Positions 9,500 through 20,028 of a stretch of 64,000 bases of DNA are shown here, in pieces. Position 1 is the first letter of the stretch. Every line of letters starts with the position of its first letter. This DNA is from an uncultured Hormoscilla sp. (lineage in GTDB: Bacteria > Cyanobacteriota > Cyanobacteriia > Cyanobacteriales > Desertifilaceae): positions 2,976,001 to 3,040,000 of the forward strand of contig OZ001293.3 of assembly GCA_963921275.4 (NCBI GenBank), written 5' to 3'. The position numbers were made by a program, and so were the translations under genes. Below the pieces are notes generated by a model. It was not told the DNA's origin and made no database searches. It was given only the letters and a program-made list of their open reading frames with translations.

Positions 9500-11595
9500 A
9501 TGATGATGGCTGCGGCTCGTTTTTGGCGGAAAATCAGGAATTGGTGGGCCTTCGGGCAGAAGGGGAAAAGAATGATTTTGGCCTTGCTACTCATGCTGCT
9601 GTGGTTGATACTTTTAGGGCCAGCATGGCAGAAAAGCCTCCAGAAAAGGCGGTGGTGAAGGTGCCAGTGATGCTGGATGGTAGGGAGTTGTTTCGGGTGA
9701 GTAATTCTGGAGAGTTCACTGCCGCCGAACGAGGGAAAAATATTGATGCCCTACTAGAGGAAAAACTAGATGGGACATTGAAATCGGGTAGGTCTCTGGA
9801 GGTAAAAATCGCCCAGCAGAAGGAACCAATAACCCTGCGGCTCAATGACCAGCATCTGGTGACGGTGACGGAAAGAGATACCATTCCAGGGATGATGTTA
9901 GCAGAACAGGCGCAAATATGGCAGGAAACTCTTCAAGAGGCGATCGCCAGAGCCAAATATGAGCGAACACCTGCTTACATGGGTCTGGCGATAAAACTGA
10001 CTCTGGGGAGTATAATAGGGGCGCTCGTCCTACAATGCGCACTTGTCTGGATAGGTAGGCGGTATAGACGCCGACATCTGCGACGGGAAAGTAGCGAAAA
10101 AGGATCTTGGCAATTATTAGTGCTGCTGCTACTGCGGATCGGGGTAGGGATAGCAGTTGCTAGTTATATCGCCAATTTATTCCCCTGGACTCGTCGCTGG
10201 CTATACAAAGCCTACCAAGTTTTAATAACCACATTTTCAGCTGAGATTTTTACCTTAGGAGAAGAAGCAGTTTCACTCAACCGACTGCTGCTGATGGCTG
10301 TCTTAACACTGGGACTGTGGATAGGGGTCGGTTGGTTGATCAAATTGCTGAAATCTCAGATCTTACCCTTAGCGGGAGGAGACCAAACTGTCCAAGAGTC
10401 GATCGCCTATTTCCTCCGCTACGGGTTAATTTTCTTTGGTTCCCTGCTAATCCTCACCGTTGGCGGGTTTGACTTTCATTCCCTGGCCATTATAATTAGC
10501 GTCCTGGGGGTAGGAATTGGCTTTGGACTGCAAAATATTGCTAAAGACTTCATCAGTGGCTTGATCATGAGCTTCGATCGTCCGATAAAAGTCGGTGAAT
10601 TAGTCCAAGTCGGGGAATTTCAGGGTTTAGTCCAACGCATAGGTCCGCGCGTTACCGAGATTTCTACCATAGAACGAGTAATTGTGATGATACCCAATTC
10701 TCGGTTTATCGAAGGGGAGGTGCAAAACTGGCATCGTAGCGGACTGACTCGCGTGAAAGTCTATGTCGGGGTCCCCTATGGTGCGGATATGGAATTAGTG
10801 CATAAAGTGCTCTTAGCTGCTGCTCAAGCTGCTCAAGCTCACCATCCTGATATTTTACGCCATCCTCCCCCCAAGGTGAAGTTTCGGGGGTTTGGCGATA
10901 GCGCCCTCAATTTTCGGGTGGTGGTGTTTATTCGCGACCCCCTCAAGGAACCAAAGGTGAGAACTCTTGTTTACAATCAGGTTGAAGCTTATCTGCGCCA
11001 ATATCATATCAAAATTCCTTTTCCCCAGCGTTCTTTACAGGTAAATATCCCTCAATTTAAGGAACTGGCCGCAAGTTGGCAAAACCAACCAGCTAAACAG
11101 GATCCTTACTATCCAGATCGAGCCAGGGACGAACGCTGCGCGAAAAATCGAGATGATGATACCCCAGCACCCCCGGTCGTGCAAGCAGAATATGATTGGC
11201 AGGCGATCGTTTCCCAGATGCGGGGACCGTCCGGAGTAGAAATTAAAGACCGCCGATATAATCTGAAGTCGTTCGACAAATGCTTTGTCGGGTCCGAAGC
11301 AGTAGACTGGTTGATGGAGCATGAAAAAGCTACCAGAGAAGAAGCGATTCTGATCGGAGAATTAATGGTCTCCGGGAAGTTAATTCACCATGTCCTGGAC
11401 GAACATGGCTTTAAAGATGGACTCTTATTCTATCGCTTCTATGCTGATGAAGATACCACGTCCAAGCCAGATAAATCCAATTTTCAGCCCACAGCTACCG
11501 TTCCGGAAAAATCAGAACGCGATCGGGGTCTAGACAATGACGACGATCGAGACAGCAAGGATAGAGAATATTCTGGAGGAGTTATCGATGACTAA
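9500..11595 (+). CDS. MscS mechanosensitive channel with C-terminal DEP domain; signal peptide frameshifted near 9627
   Basis: GIGFGLQNIAKDFISG, RPIKVG, IPNS and IPFPQR (MscS); KDRRYNLKSFDKCFVGSEAVDWL..HHVLDEHGFKDGLLFYRF (DEP). The leader MMMAAARFWRK..MILALLLMLLWLILLGPAW is in a different frame. Confidence 0.85.
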
Positions 11596-12269
11596 AGTAT
11601 GATTTTGGTAACGGCAATATTACCAGAAAAACAAACATCGACATCCGTGCCAGGAACCCGCTCGCGCTTACCATACTCTCCGATATAATAATATTGGTCT
11701 TCCTCAATCCGATATTGTACAGGTAAAGGTTGGGTACTGGGTTCACATAAAACTACATCTGGCTCAGCAGCACCTGGTTCAAGATGAGGTAAATTCACGT
11801 TCCAGAAACTACCCGGATCGAGAGGAAGGGAGAAGAGCTCCCTTAATAGCATAGCAGTCCATTCGGTCGCCCACTCCCAATCAATTACCAAAGGTTTTTT
11901 GATCCAGTGGGAAATAGCAATGCCGGGGATACCGAGAATGACAGCTTCTCGGACAGCAGCGACAGTTCCAGACATATAAACATCAACTCCCAAATTGCCC
12001 CCCGCATTAATCCCAGATAAGACCCACTCGACATCAGGACAAAGATGTGTTATTGCTAGACGAGAGCAGTCTGCGGGAGTACCGCCAACAGCATATTCTG
12101 TGTCTGAGAGACGGCCGACGTGAATTGGTCGATCTGTGGTAACTTGGTGCCCGCAGCCCGATAAATGCCCTTTAGGTGCGACAATGATACCATTGCCATC
12201 TAGCGCCCGCTGTAGCGCCCGGATGCCTGGGGCATCTATGCCATCATCGTTGGTTAGAATTAGGGTCAT
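11592..12269 (-). CDS. surE: 5'/3'-nucleotidase SurE
   Basis: LILTNDDGIDAPG, GTPADC, SGINAGGN and SGTVAA motifs. Confidence 0.95.
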   Translation of the reverse strand: MTLILTNDDGIDAPGIRALQRALDGNGIIVAPKGHLSGCGHQVTTDRPIHVGRLSDTEYAVGGTPADCSRLAITHLCPDVEWVLSGINAGGNLGVDVYMSGTVAAVREAVILGIPGIAISHWIKKPLVIDWEWATEWTAMLLRELFSLPLDPGSFWNVNLPHLEPGAAEPDVVLCEPSTQPLPVQYRIEEDQYYYIGEYGKRERVPGTDVDVCFSGNIAVTKIIL

Positions 12270-12320
12270 AAAGTTCAGGGTGGAAAGGATATGAATGCAA
12301 AGGACAGCATTAACTATAAT

Positions 12321-12460
12321 AGTGGAACGAGTGCTGGGGGAGTGGAACGAGTGCTGGGGGAGTAGAACGAGTGCGGGTTGGATAATGACTGTTGCGGGTT
12401 GAGCAGTGACCTGTGCAGGTTGGATAATGACTGTTGCGGTTGAGCAGTGACCAGAGTTGG
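12321..12460. repeat. degenerate 20/21-bp tandem repeats
   Basis: GAGTGGAACGAGTGCTGGGG x2-3, then alternating GATAATGACTGTTGCGGGTTG / AGCAGTGACC units. Confidence 0.75.
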
Positions 12461-12779
12461 GAAAGTAGCATAGCTGGTGCCGTTCCGGAAAAATCGGATT
12501 GCTCGATTTTTCCTCAGTTGCGCAATTTTGATTCCGGATCGGAGGTCGTGCTGATAGAACTCGATATACAGTAACGCATAAGGTAAGAGCAATCTAGTCC
12601 GATTTTGTCCCGCGTTCTGACGCTGAGTTCAAAAACTGGGAATCAAACGCAAATATGAGATGCACCCTCGCACTCTCATCAATGCATCGCGAGGCTGTAG
12701 CGGATGCGCCCTCGATGTTTGGGATACCTCCTGCTGTAGAGAAGAAATGGGAACCAATCATTCATCTGTCATTGCCAAC

Positions 12780-12967
12780 AGATTTGAAAATCATGATTGT
12801 GGACGATGAACCGGTCAACCTCCAGGTACTGGTGAACTATCTGTCGCCCCATAACTATGTTCTGATCGAAGCCACGAATGAAGGCAGATATTCACGAAGG
12901 GATTGAGAGCACGTTAGTAATCTTAGAAAATTATCTGAAAAATACCCCTAATGGTAGGAAAATTCAA
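12780..12967 (+). pseudogene. fused remnants of a receiver domain and a histidine-kinase ATPase domain
   Basis: KIMIVDDEPVNLQVLVNYL followed, out of frame, by ADIHEGIESTLVILE; ends at the intron boundary. Confidence 0.7.
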
Positions 12968-13750
12968 GTCAGACCGGGGTCGAGCTGGTACTCGCGTACC
13001 AACCCTCCCTTTCGGAACCTGAAGAGCGACTTTCACCGCACACGGCTACTGGTTAATAGGCTGTTGTCATCAGTAGGATTACCGAGGGTTACCCCGTTTG
13101 TCCCTTGTCCCATGAAATTTTGCCCCTTTGTGGTCAGTCGATGGACCCTTAGCTACCTAACTCCGGAAGGTTCGCGGGGGTTAGACCAGAAAACCACATC
13201 TCCGCTCTTTACTAAGTTTTCCCTTTGTTTTTGGAGCCCTGTATCTTTACCCGGTTAGGATTTTAATCCACCATTAATCCCTAGGATTTCTCCTGGTTTA
13301 TTACATTCAAAGGCTACTTTCTCCCAGAACCTCCTATTATATCCGTCCTACGTCAGCATATCCCAGGCATTACCCCGGGCGTTGGCTTCTTAGGACATCC
13401 CTTCCTCTGTGGCATGCGCTTTACATCTAACTTGTCCAAATGGGGACAGCACACAGGAGATTACCTCGTTCCTTGATATCATTTCACGAGACTTTTAGGT
13501 CCCTTCTTTCCACCGGTAGTCCTATTCGGGTAATTACTAGCTACCTATAACAGCTAGTACGCTGACTACTTTCACAATTTTGTGTCGAGCGTTTTATCAG
13601 CCCTTTTCGCTCGTTCTGTGTAACGACGTTTATACGAAGGTTCGCTTTTTCTAACCATGAGCCTCTTTCCTAGCGGTTTCGTTCTCCGGACTGACCTTAT
13701 CCTACATTTTAGTCCTTGCTTCACACCACGGCGATGTGACTCCGTAGCAC
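12968..13750 (-). mobile_element. ORF-less group II intron (~780 nt)
   Basis: 5' end GTGCTACG; domain V-like AGCCGTGTGCGGTGAAAGTCGC..GGTTC (13014-13048); domain VI hairpin ending AC; no RT motifs, only an ORF stub. Confidence 0.8.
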
Positions 13751-14152
13751 TAAGGACCCATACTCTCCCATGCTGCCATTGCCACCAATGGCGCTATTAT
13801 TCTGGAAAGTGCTATCGGTCACCGTGACCGTCCCTTTATAGACAAACAGGGCACCGCCCATGCCTGCCGCCCCGCCGCCGCCATCGCCTCCTCGGGCCCG
13901 GCCGTTGCTAAAGGTCAGGCGATCGAAATTGACCACACCGCTTCTGACAAAGAACAGCCGGTGTTGGTCGTTGCCATTAATGGTGTTGTCGCCTCCTGAA
14001 ATCGTGAGCTGGATGTCCTCTTCAATAAGGGGTAGCAACCCGGTCAGGGTAATATCTCCCGTGATGTTAATGCTATCTGCCTCACCGTTATTCTTGGAAT
14101 CGGTAATCGCTTGGGAGAGTCCTCTTTCTGTGTTGACGTTAAATGTAGCCAT
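13751..14152 (-). pseudogene. N-terminal part of a large Gly-rich surface/adhesin-like beta-helix protein, truncated at the intron
   Basis: LFFVRSG..FSNGRARGGDGGGGAAGMGGALFV..TFQNNSAIGGNG; the frame runs directly into the intron 5' end. Confidence 0.75.
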
Positions 14153-14418
14153 AATATCTCCTGATGATTGGTTCGGGGGAGCCCTTCTAGGGGTTGTTGG
14201 TCCAATGACCTTGTTCCCTGGCTCCATTGAGCGAAACTTTTAGCTCTACTCCTCAGGGAGTATTTCCTGCTATATACTTTTTTTATGATATTCCGAAGGT
14301 AGTTGTCATCCGTAGATCTCGAAAATTATCAAAATTATTTGCTACTATACCGTCGTCAGCCGCTCCTGGGCCATGTTTTGCCGCTCCTGGGCCATGTTTG
14401 GGGCTATGTTTGGGCCAC

Positions 14419-15636
14419 CTACTGAAGTTCTCCCGTTACCAACCTCCTCAAAATCTCGGTCACTTCCGCAGCCATCCGGGCATCTACCTCTACGGCCTCC
14501 CGGTCGCGTAGCGTGCGCGCAGCGCAATCGAAATCACCCAATGCTTTGGCACAGCGCAGGGTCATGGCCACAGAGATTAGTTTGTCCTGGTAATCAAACT
14601 GAGTAAAGCAGGTGTAAGTTAACTCGGTGCGCTGTTGCCAGCTACTGTAGCCAAAGCCCATTTTCGAGAGTATGACAGGCTTGGAGATCCTATTTTGGAT
14701 GCCTAGCTTCTCAATGGCTACGTCAAGGTAGCGGCCAGGATCTTTACCCAGAGCAAGAATAAATGGTTTCAAGTTGTCCCAAGAACTTCCAGGCAATTGC
14801 GCTGTCGATGGCAGGTGATAATGCCACCCTACCATTGAGATGATTCTCGTCAAGTCATAAGCTGTCACCGAGTTTTCGGTCTTCTCTGTTTCTGGTGCAG
14901 CAGTCAATAGCACCTCATCTGACTTAATCACTTCCGGGTTAGCAATAAACGGATCTTCACCATACATCCCCCGAAATATGGTATGGGGCGTACCAGTAAT
15001 TCCCTTCAGCCATGCTTCTAAATCAGCAAATGTCTGAAAACGCTTAAACATGGCTGCTATAGAATTAGAACTACCTATCTTTGAGTCATAGGTAACAATA
15101 TCCTCGATCAGTTCCGGGATGCCAAAGCTTTTGCCATCACCCCTGACTGCACAAGCATTGATATCTGTCTTGAGGGAACAGATGACATTCAGAATGGGAA
15201 TGATTTTGGTCGTACTCCAAAACTCACCCCGGACGCGGGCTTCTCTTCCCAACCAACGGGCTTTGAATGGCCCTCCTTCCGCACCGCCAATGCAAATACA
15301 GGCTTGCTTGATGTCGGGATGGAGAAATTCTAGTGCTTGTTCGTCAATTGCGGGCAACTCCCCTACTTGGGGATAAGAGGGAACTCCCCCGATCGCCAAG
15401 GAAGGCTGTTCGGTTAAATAGTCTGGGTAATTCTCCACCTGACTGTGATAGGGTGAGTTTTTAATCCCTTTGTCTAGAAAAGCTAGCTTATAGCTGTTGA
15501 AGCCTGCTTCTGAGTCTAGAAACTGATTGTAGACCAGATTCCGATCTTGGGCTATTGTCAGAGAGACGGTCTCGCTGACGAAATTAAAAAAGTTAGTAAT
15601 CAGCTCAGTTATCGTATGAAGTGTCAATTCATTCAT
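14419..15636 (-). CDS. hypothetical protein with penicillin-binding-protein/class A beta-lactamase-like motifs
   Basis: WSTTK (SxxK), SSN (SxN) and KMG (KTG-like) occur in the canonical order. Confidence 0.6.
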   Translation of the reverse strand: MNELTLHTITELITNFFNFVSETVSLTIAQDRNLVYNQFLDSEAGFNSYKLAFLDKGIKNSPYHSQVENYPDYLTEQPSLAIGGVPSYPQVGELPAIDEQALEFLHPDIKQACICIGGAEGGPFKARWLGREARVRGEFWSTTKIIPILNVICSLKTDINACAVRGDGKSFGIPELIEDIVTYDSKIGSSNSIAAMFKRFQTFADLEAWLKGITGTPHTIFRGMYGEDPFIANPEVIKSDEVLLTAAPETEKTENSVTAYDLTRIISMVGWHYHLPSTAQLPGSSWDNLKPFILALGKDPGRYLDVAIEKLGIQNRISKPVILSKMGFGYSSWQQRTELTYTCFTQFDYQDKLISVAMTLRCAKALGDFDCAARTLRDREAVEVDARMAAEVTEILRRLVTGELQ

Positions 15637-15683
15637 TCCTACTACTGCTCCTTTTCCTGCTCAAAAGCATCACGGACGATGGA

Positions 15684-17641
15684 TTACAAAAACCACAAAC
15701 GCCGATCGCGCTGCATTCCTGGCGGGAGCAGGTCTTTTAAGGCACGCGACGCTGCCCGATCGGCATAATAGGTGGTAATGGGTAAGCGGACAGTCTGAGT
15801 CGTGCCCACTTGCATCAGACTTAACCAGTATACCTGTTCGGCGAGGGTAAGTAAATCCGTCTCGCCCATCCTTTTTCTAATGCGCAGGGGACGGGGAGCA
15901 CTCTTAGGACTTACTTTAGTCTCGCGCCGACCCGTCGTCAGAATCACCGCTTCATTGCGAGCATATTCCCAAGCATATCCATTTTCCGGGTTCCTGGAAT
16001 TCTTAGGATTCTCTGGGTTATATTCTACAGCTCGACAAGTCCCTGATTTGATTACTTCCACCACATCCACCTGTTTTATTCCGGCTACATGTTTCTGCAA
16101 ATCCGAAATTGCTTCCATCTCTGCATCTCGAACATCCCCGTCGCGATGAATCACTAAATGTTGGAGCTTGCACTTAAAATGGCGATCGTACAATATGACA
16201 AAATTTCCTAACCAATCCATGAGTTGAACGCGATTGAGGGCTTCTCTGTAGACAGGAAACTTAGCTGTTGACCAACCGATCGTCCTACCGGTTCTGTCTA
16301 TCAAGAACGCTGCCGCGACTGTGTCCCTATTTTTCCTGCCAAAATCTAGACCAATAAAAGCTTGGGCTTTTCCTGGCATATCCTTCAGACGCCAACTGAA
16401 ATGACCGAGTTTGGCATTGATTCCCAGAATTACATTCCGACCGATATACTCGTTCCATCCCCTTTTGAGGGTAGATTTGGTAATCATCTGAGATGGCAGT
16501 TGCCGCTTGACAAATTCCTGCTTAATCAGTTCGTAAGGATTGACCTCTCGCGTAAAGTATTTTTCCCCCGGTTTGGGAACGTAAGCAATGACAGCAGCTT
16601 ATGCGCTTTCATTCCAGCCGCTGGATAGGGAAATAAACCTTTTCCAAAATCGAGATTACTCGAACCCTGCTTAAAGTTTTGCAGGTTTCGCGGTTCGCGC
16701 AGGGACTCGGAAAACTTGACGGGAATGTCATTCAGATGAAAGCGATTTTTGGCGTTGAGAAACTTAATGCTGGAGATCGCCTTCTCGACTTTTTCGCCAA
16801 TGGGCAATAGTTGCTGTTTTAAAAACTCATCTTCTACGTCTTCTCGGTCATAAATTTTCCGCAACAGTTGCGGCATGTGGCTGGCCTCAAAATCTATTTT
16901 CCCACTATTTTTATACTTCACCGTGACCGCTGGTGTCGAGGGGTCTAAGGAATTAAGTAATTCATTATCCAGGTTACCTTTTTGCTTGTGGTAGTCAAGG
17001 ACACTCTTATTCCCTAGGGCAGATAGTATAGTGCTAATGTTTTTTTCCTTGTCGATGCGGACAAATTCACAAACCTTGTCATCATACTTGTGCAGCAAGC
17101 GATCGCCAGGATCCAAACTGTCCAGTCCCAGTTGGTCGATCGTCAACTGGGAGTGATACTCGTTAGCGAAGTCAAGCACTAAAACTAAATGCTGATTTTC
17201 TTCTCGGATAAAGTAAAATTTCAGATACATTTGACCTTCCATCCCATCCGTAGTTACCCTCTCTTTGGAATAAATACGTTGGCGCTCGCGATCTACTTTC
17301 GGAGGATGCTTGGCGCTCTGAAAAGCATTATACAGGGCAAAGTTGCAAACCTGGAACAAGTAGCGATTGTATCTGGGTTCAGCTAAGTTAATTGACTCTT
17401 CGTCTATAATACTGTAGCGATCGTCCTGTCTGGCCAACGGAACTAAACTTAAAATGGCACAGTTAGTGATGTCTGCAAGAATGGCAGTTTTGTGTTTCCA
17501 TTTCAGACTCCTAGCTAACGTTCCCAGTTTTCTGGGTAGTTCGTCACTTGCTGCATTTAGTCTGACGCGATAGCGGGTGTAAGGTAGTGAGACGATCGGC
17601 TTTTGACTGACAAAGCTCAATTCTCGTATTAGCATCGGCAT
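15684..17641 (-). pseudogene. ago: long prokaryotic Argonaute (N-PAZ-MID-PIWI), split near 16595
   Basis: PIWI motifs FIGLD, IHRDG, VEVIKSG and RLPITTYYADR; MID motifs YELIK, PSQMI and NVILGINAKLG; upstream ORF has a PAZ-like SVLDYH..PAVTVKY..HMPQLL segment. Confidence 0.9.
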
Positions 17642-18190
17642 TGACTCCCTTGACTTGACTTAGCTTACCATAATCTGGGCGATCCATAACTGCTATATTT
17701 TTTTGTCGCCTGTGCTACTGTTTTTGACTGGTGACCGGACCAGAATCCCCAAGGTTCTGTCGCGCTATTAAATTGCAGAGGTCGAAAAGCTGATGTCTTT
17801 GTTATCAATGGCTTTCCCAATTTAAAATTTTGAATTGCTTAGTCACTCTTCAATGCTACTATATAAATTATAGATCCTATAGGGTTTCCTGTCCTTCAGT
17901 GGTCAAAAGTAGTTGTATTAGTGGGGAACAGGGAACGGAGAACGGGGAACAGGAAACGCTCGCAGGGAACGGCGAACGGTTGCCAACGGGCGCAAGACCA
18001 CACCCGTTTAAAACCCCGACGGAGAGGTTTGAAACCCAAACGCGCGTCTTGAATCTTGCCAAGTATTCCCTGAATCTCCTCAATATCATAACCGTCAAGG
18101 AATCTGAACACGGAGGATGCCAGATACTCCCGATCGATAAAATGTGCAACGCCCTCTCCAGCTTTCGCCAGGGAGTTGCCTTCCATTCAT

Positions 18191-18400
18191 CTTTAACGCA
18201 GAGTTGCGCGACTTTAACGTAGAGTCACGCGACTTTAACGCAGAGTCACGCGACTTTAATGCAGAGTTGCGCGACTTTAACGCAGAGTTGCGCGACTTTA
18301 ACGCAGAGTTGCGCGACTTTAACGCAGAGTTGCGCGACTTTAACGCAGAGTTGCGCGACTTTATATATTGGTTATATGACTTTTACGCAGATGCTCCGAA
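18191..18400. repeat. 21-bp tandem repeat, 8 copies plus 2 degenerate
   Basis: Unit CTTTAACGCAGAGTTGCGCGA; no spacers. Confidence 0.95.
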
Positions 18401-18528
18401 TATAAGGGTTTTGAAGGTTGCACAATCACGGGATGATAAGGGCTGCTAATGGCTAATACTCAAAGGTTAATCTAGATAGTCATTGGTAGTCATGAATAGA
18501 TTGATTTACTCTTTGCAATTAGCAATTT

Positions 18529-18725
18529 TCAACCATTGGCTCTTCCAAATGGCTTTATCCACTCGACATACTCGGTTTCCTCGACATTACCATAGGTTTT
18601 CTTGCGGCGCAGGGCAAAAGGCGGGGAAGTCATGACAAGATCGATACTGTTGTCTAGCAACTCTGCTAGGAGTTCAAAGGAATCACCTACGTAGGCTTGA
18701 CCTCTTGTTGTGTGATAAATTTGAA
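18529..18725 (-). pseudogene. N-terminal fragment of a beta-class amino (probably N4-cytosine) DNA methyltransferase, M.PvuII-like
   Basis: GDSFELL..SIDLVMTSPPFALRRKKTYGN..EYVEW, then an abrupt end. Confidence 0.85.
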
Positions 18726-19855
18726 TTAAAGGTATCAACAAGAGCCGTCGCTGAAGTTGCCGAAGCGAATTTGCCTAATGCCCATGCTGCTCCTGCCCGT
18801 AGTTCCTCATCACGGTCGCTGTCCTGCAACACCTCAATCAGTATGCTTTTGCTATGTTTCTTTGGTATTTCGGATACCACAATGACTGTTTCCAGTTGTG
18901 TTTGAAGGGGCACGCTCATGACTGGGCTTCGCAGTTTTCTCTCTATGAACTTCCAACCATTCGGGTCGTCGTATGCAGCCAGGGCCGCCGCCGCCTCCAG
19001 TTGAACGTAGATATCCTCATCGGGATCGTTCATCCGGGATGCGAGTGCAGACTTAGCATTGCTATAACCGCGATAACGCAGAGCCTTGGCAGCCGCATAT
19101 CTTTCGCTGAGATTAACACTAGCGAGTTTGTCTGTAAAATATGTTTCATCAATTGGTGGGGGACATTTGAGGTCTGTATAGACAGGTACAACTGACGCAA
19201 CAATTTGATTTGCTTCCACTAGATCTCCTACTTTAACCTGCGGTAACAAGGTTATCTTTCCTCCACTCCGGCTTAACTGGATAGTTTGCCGACGCCCATT
19301 CTGGATCGGAGTAAGACTGACCTTATTAGGTTCCACAGCAAAAACTTGTGACCTCTGTTTGGCAGCGGCACATACCCACACTACCCTGATTTCATAGCCT
19401 TCCTCGACCCCTTTTGGCTGAGTGATAGACACTTGTTCGGCGCTAAAGGCATTACGCAGATCGCTGACGCTAACAAAATGAATAGGAGAAATTTGCTTCA
19501 GGTCAACAGGAGAACCATCTTCTTGCTCAAACATAATGATTGAAACCAGGTCATCATCCCGCATTCCAGCATCCCATGATCTCTTGGGATCCTTCAGGGA
19601 ATGAGACATTGATATTTCGAGTTTTGTCTTGCCGCGAGATTCAAACCTAAGCCCCGTGTTTAAGCAGAGGATGTCAGGCATCCGTACACGCTTGATCTTG
19701 ATTTTCTTCCAAATCTTAAAGCCAGTAGACCCGCGATCGAGTTCGATCGGGTTAAAGTCCATGCTTCTCAGATAGGCAATAGTCGCATTTGTCCCGGCTG
19801 CACCAACCGCAAGTTTTCTCAAGAAACTATCGTCGCTCTTAAAATTATTTGCCAT
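18683..19855 (-). CDS. putative PD-(D/E)xK endonuclease with C-terminal HEAT repeats, probably 3'-truncated
   Basis: RMPDILC..FESRGK; HEAT-like units ERYAAAKALR, DEDIYVQLEAAAALA and DEELRAGAAWALG; adjacent to the MTase remnant. Confidence 0.6.
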   Translation of the reverse strand: MANNFKSDDSFLRKLAVGAAGTNATIAYLRSMDFNPIELDRGSTGFKIWKKIKIKRVRMPDILCLNTGLRFESRGKTKLEISMSHSLKDPKRSWDAGMRDDDLVSIIMFEQEDGSPVDLKQISPIHFVSVSDLRNAFSAEQVSITQPKGVEEGYEIRVVWVCAAAKQRSQVFAVEPNKVSLTPIQNGRRQTIQLSRSGGKITLLPQVKVGDLVEANQIVASVVPVYTDLKCPPPIDETYFTDKLASVNLSERYAAAKALRYRGYSNAKSALASRMNDPDEDIYVQLEAAAALAAYDDPNGWKFIERKLRSPVMSVPLQTQLETVIVVSEIPKKHSKSILIEVLQDSDRDEELRAGAAWALGKFASATSATALVDTFNSNLSHNKRSSLRR

Positions 19856-20028
19856 TTTTGCCCCACCATATATGAAGTCCTTTTCATTTCTGGTATCAAT
19901 GTATTATTTTTGGATCGCGGCATTGCCTGTACTGGCATGCTTCCTACGAAGGAATACGTACTCTACGGGCGATCGGAAAGTGATAGCAGCGATCGCCTTA
20001 AGGAAAGGTGGGCGGTGCCCACCCTACT

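Noticed and set aside
18191..18400. CRISPR or guide array associated with the Argonaute
   Set aside because: It is a pure 21-bp tandem repeat with no spacers.
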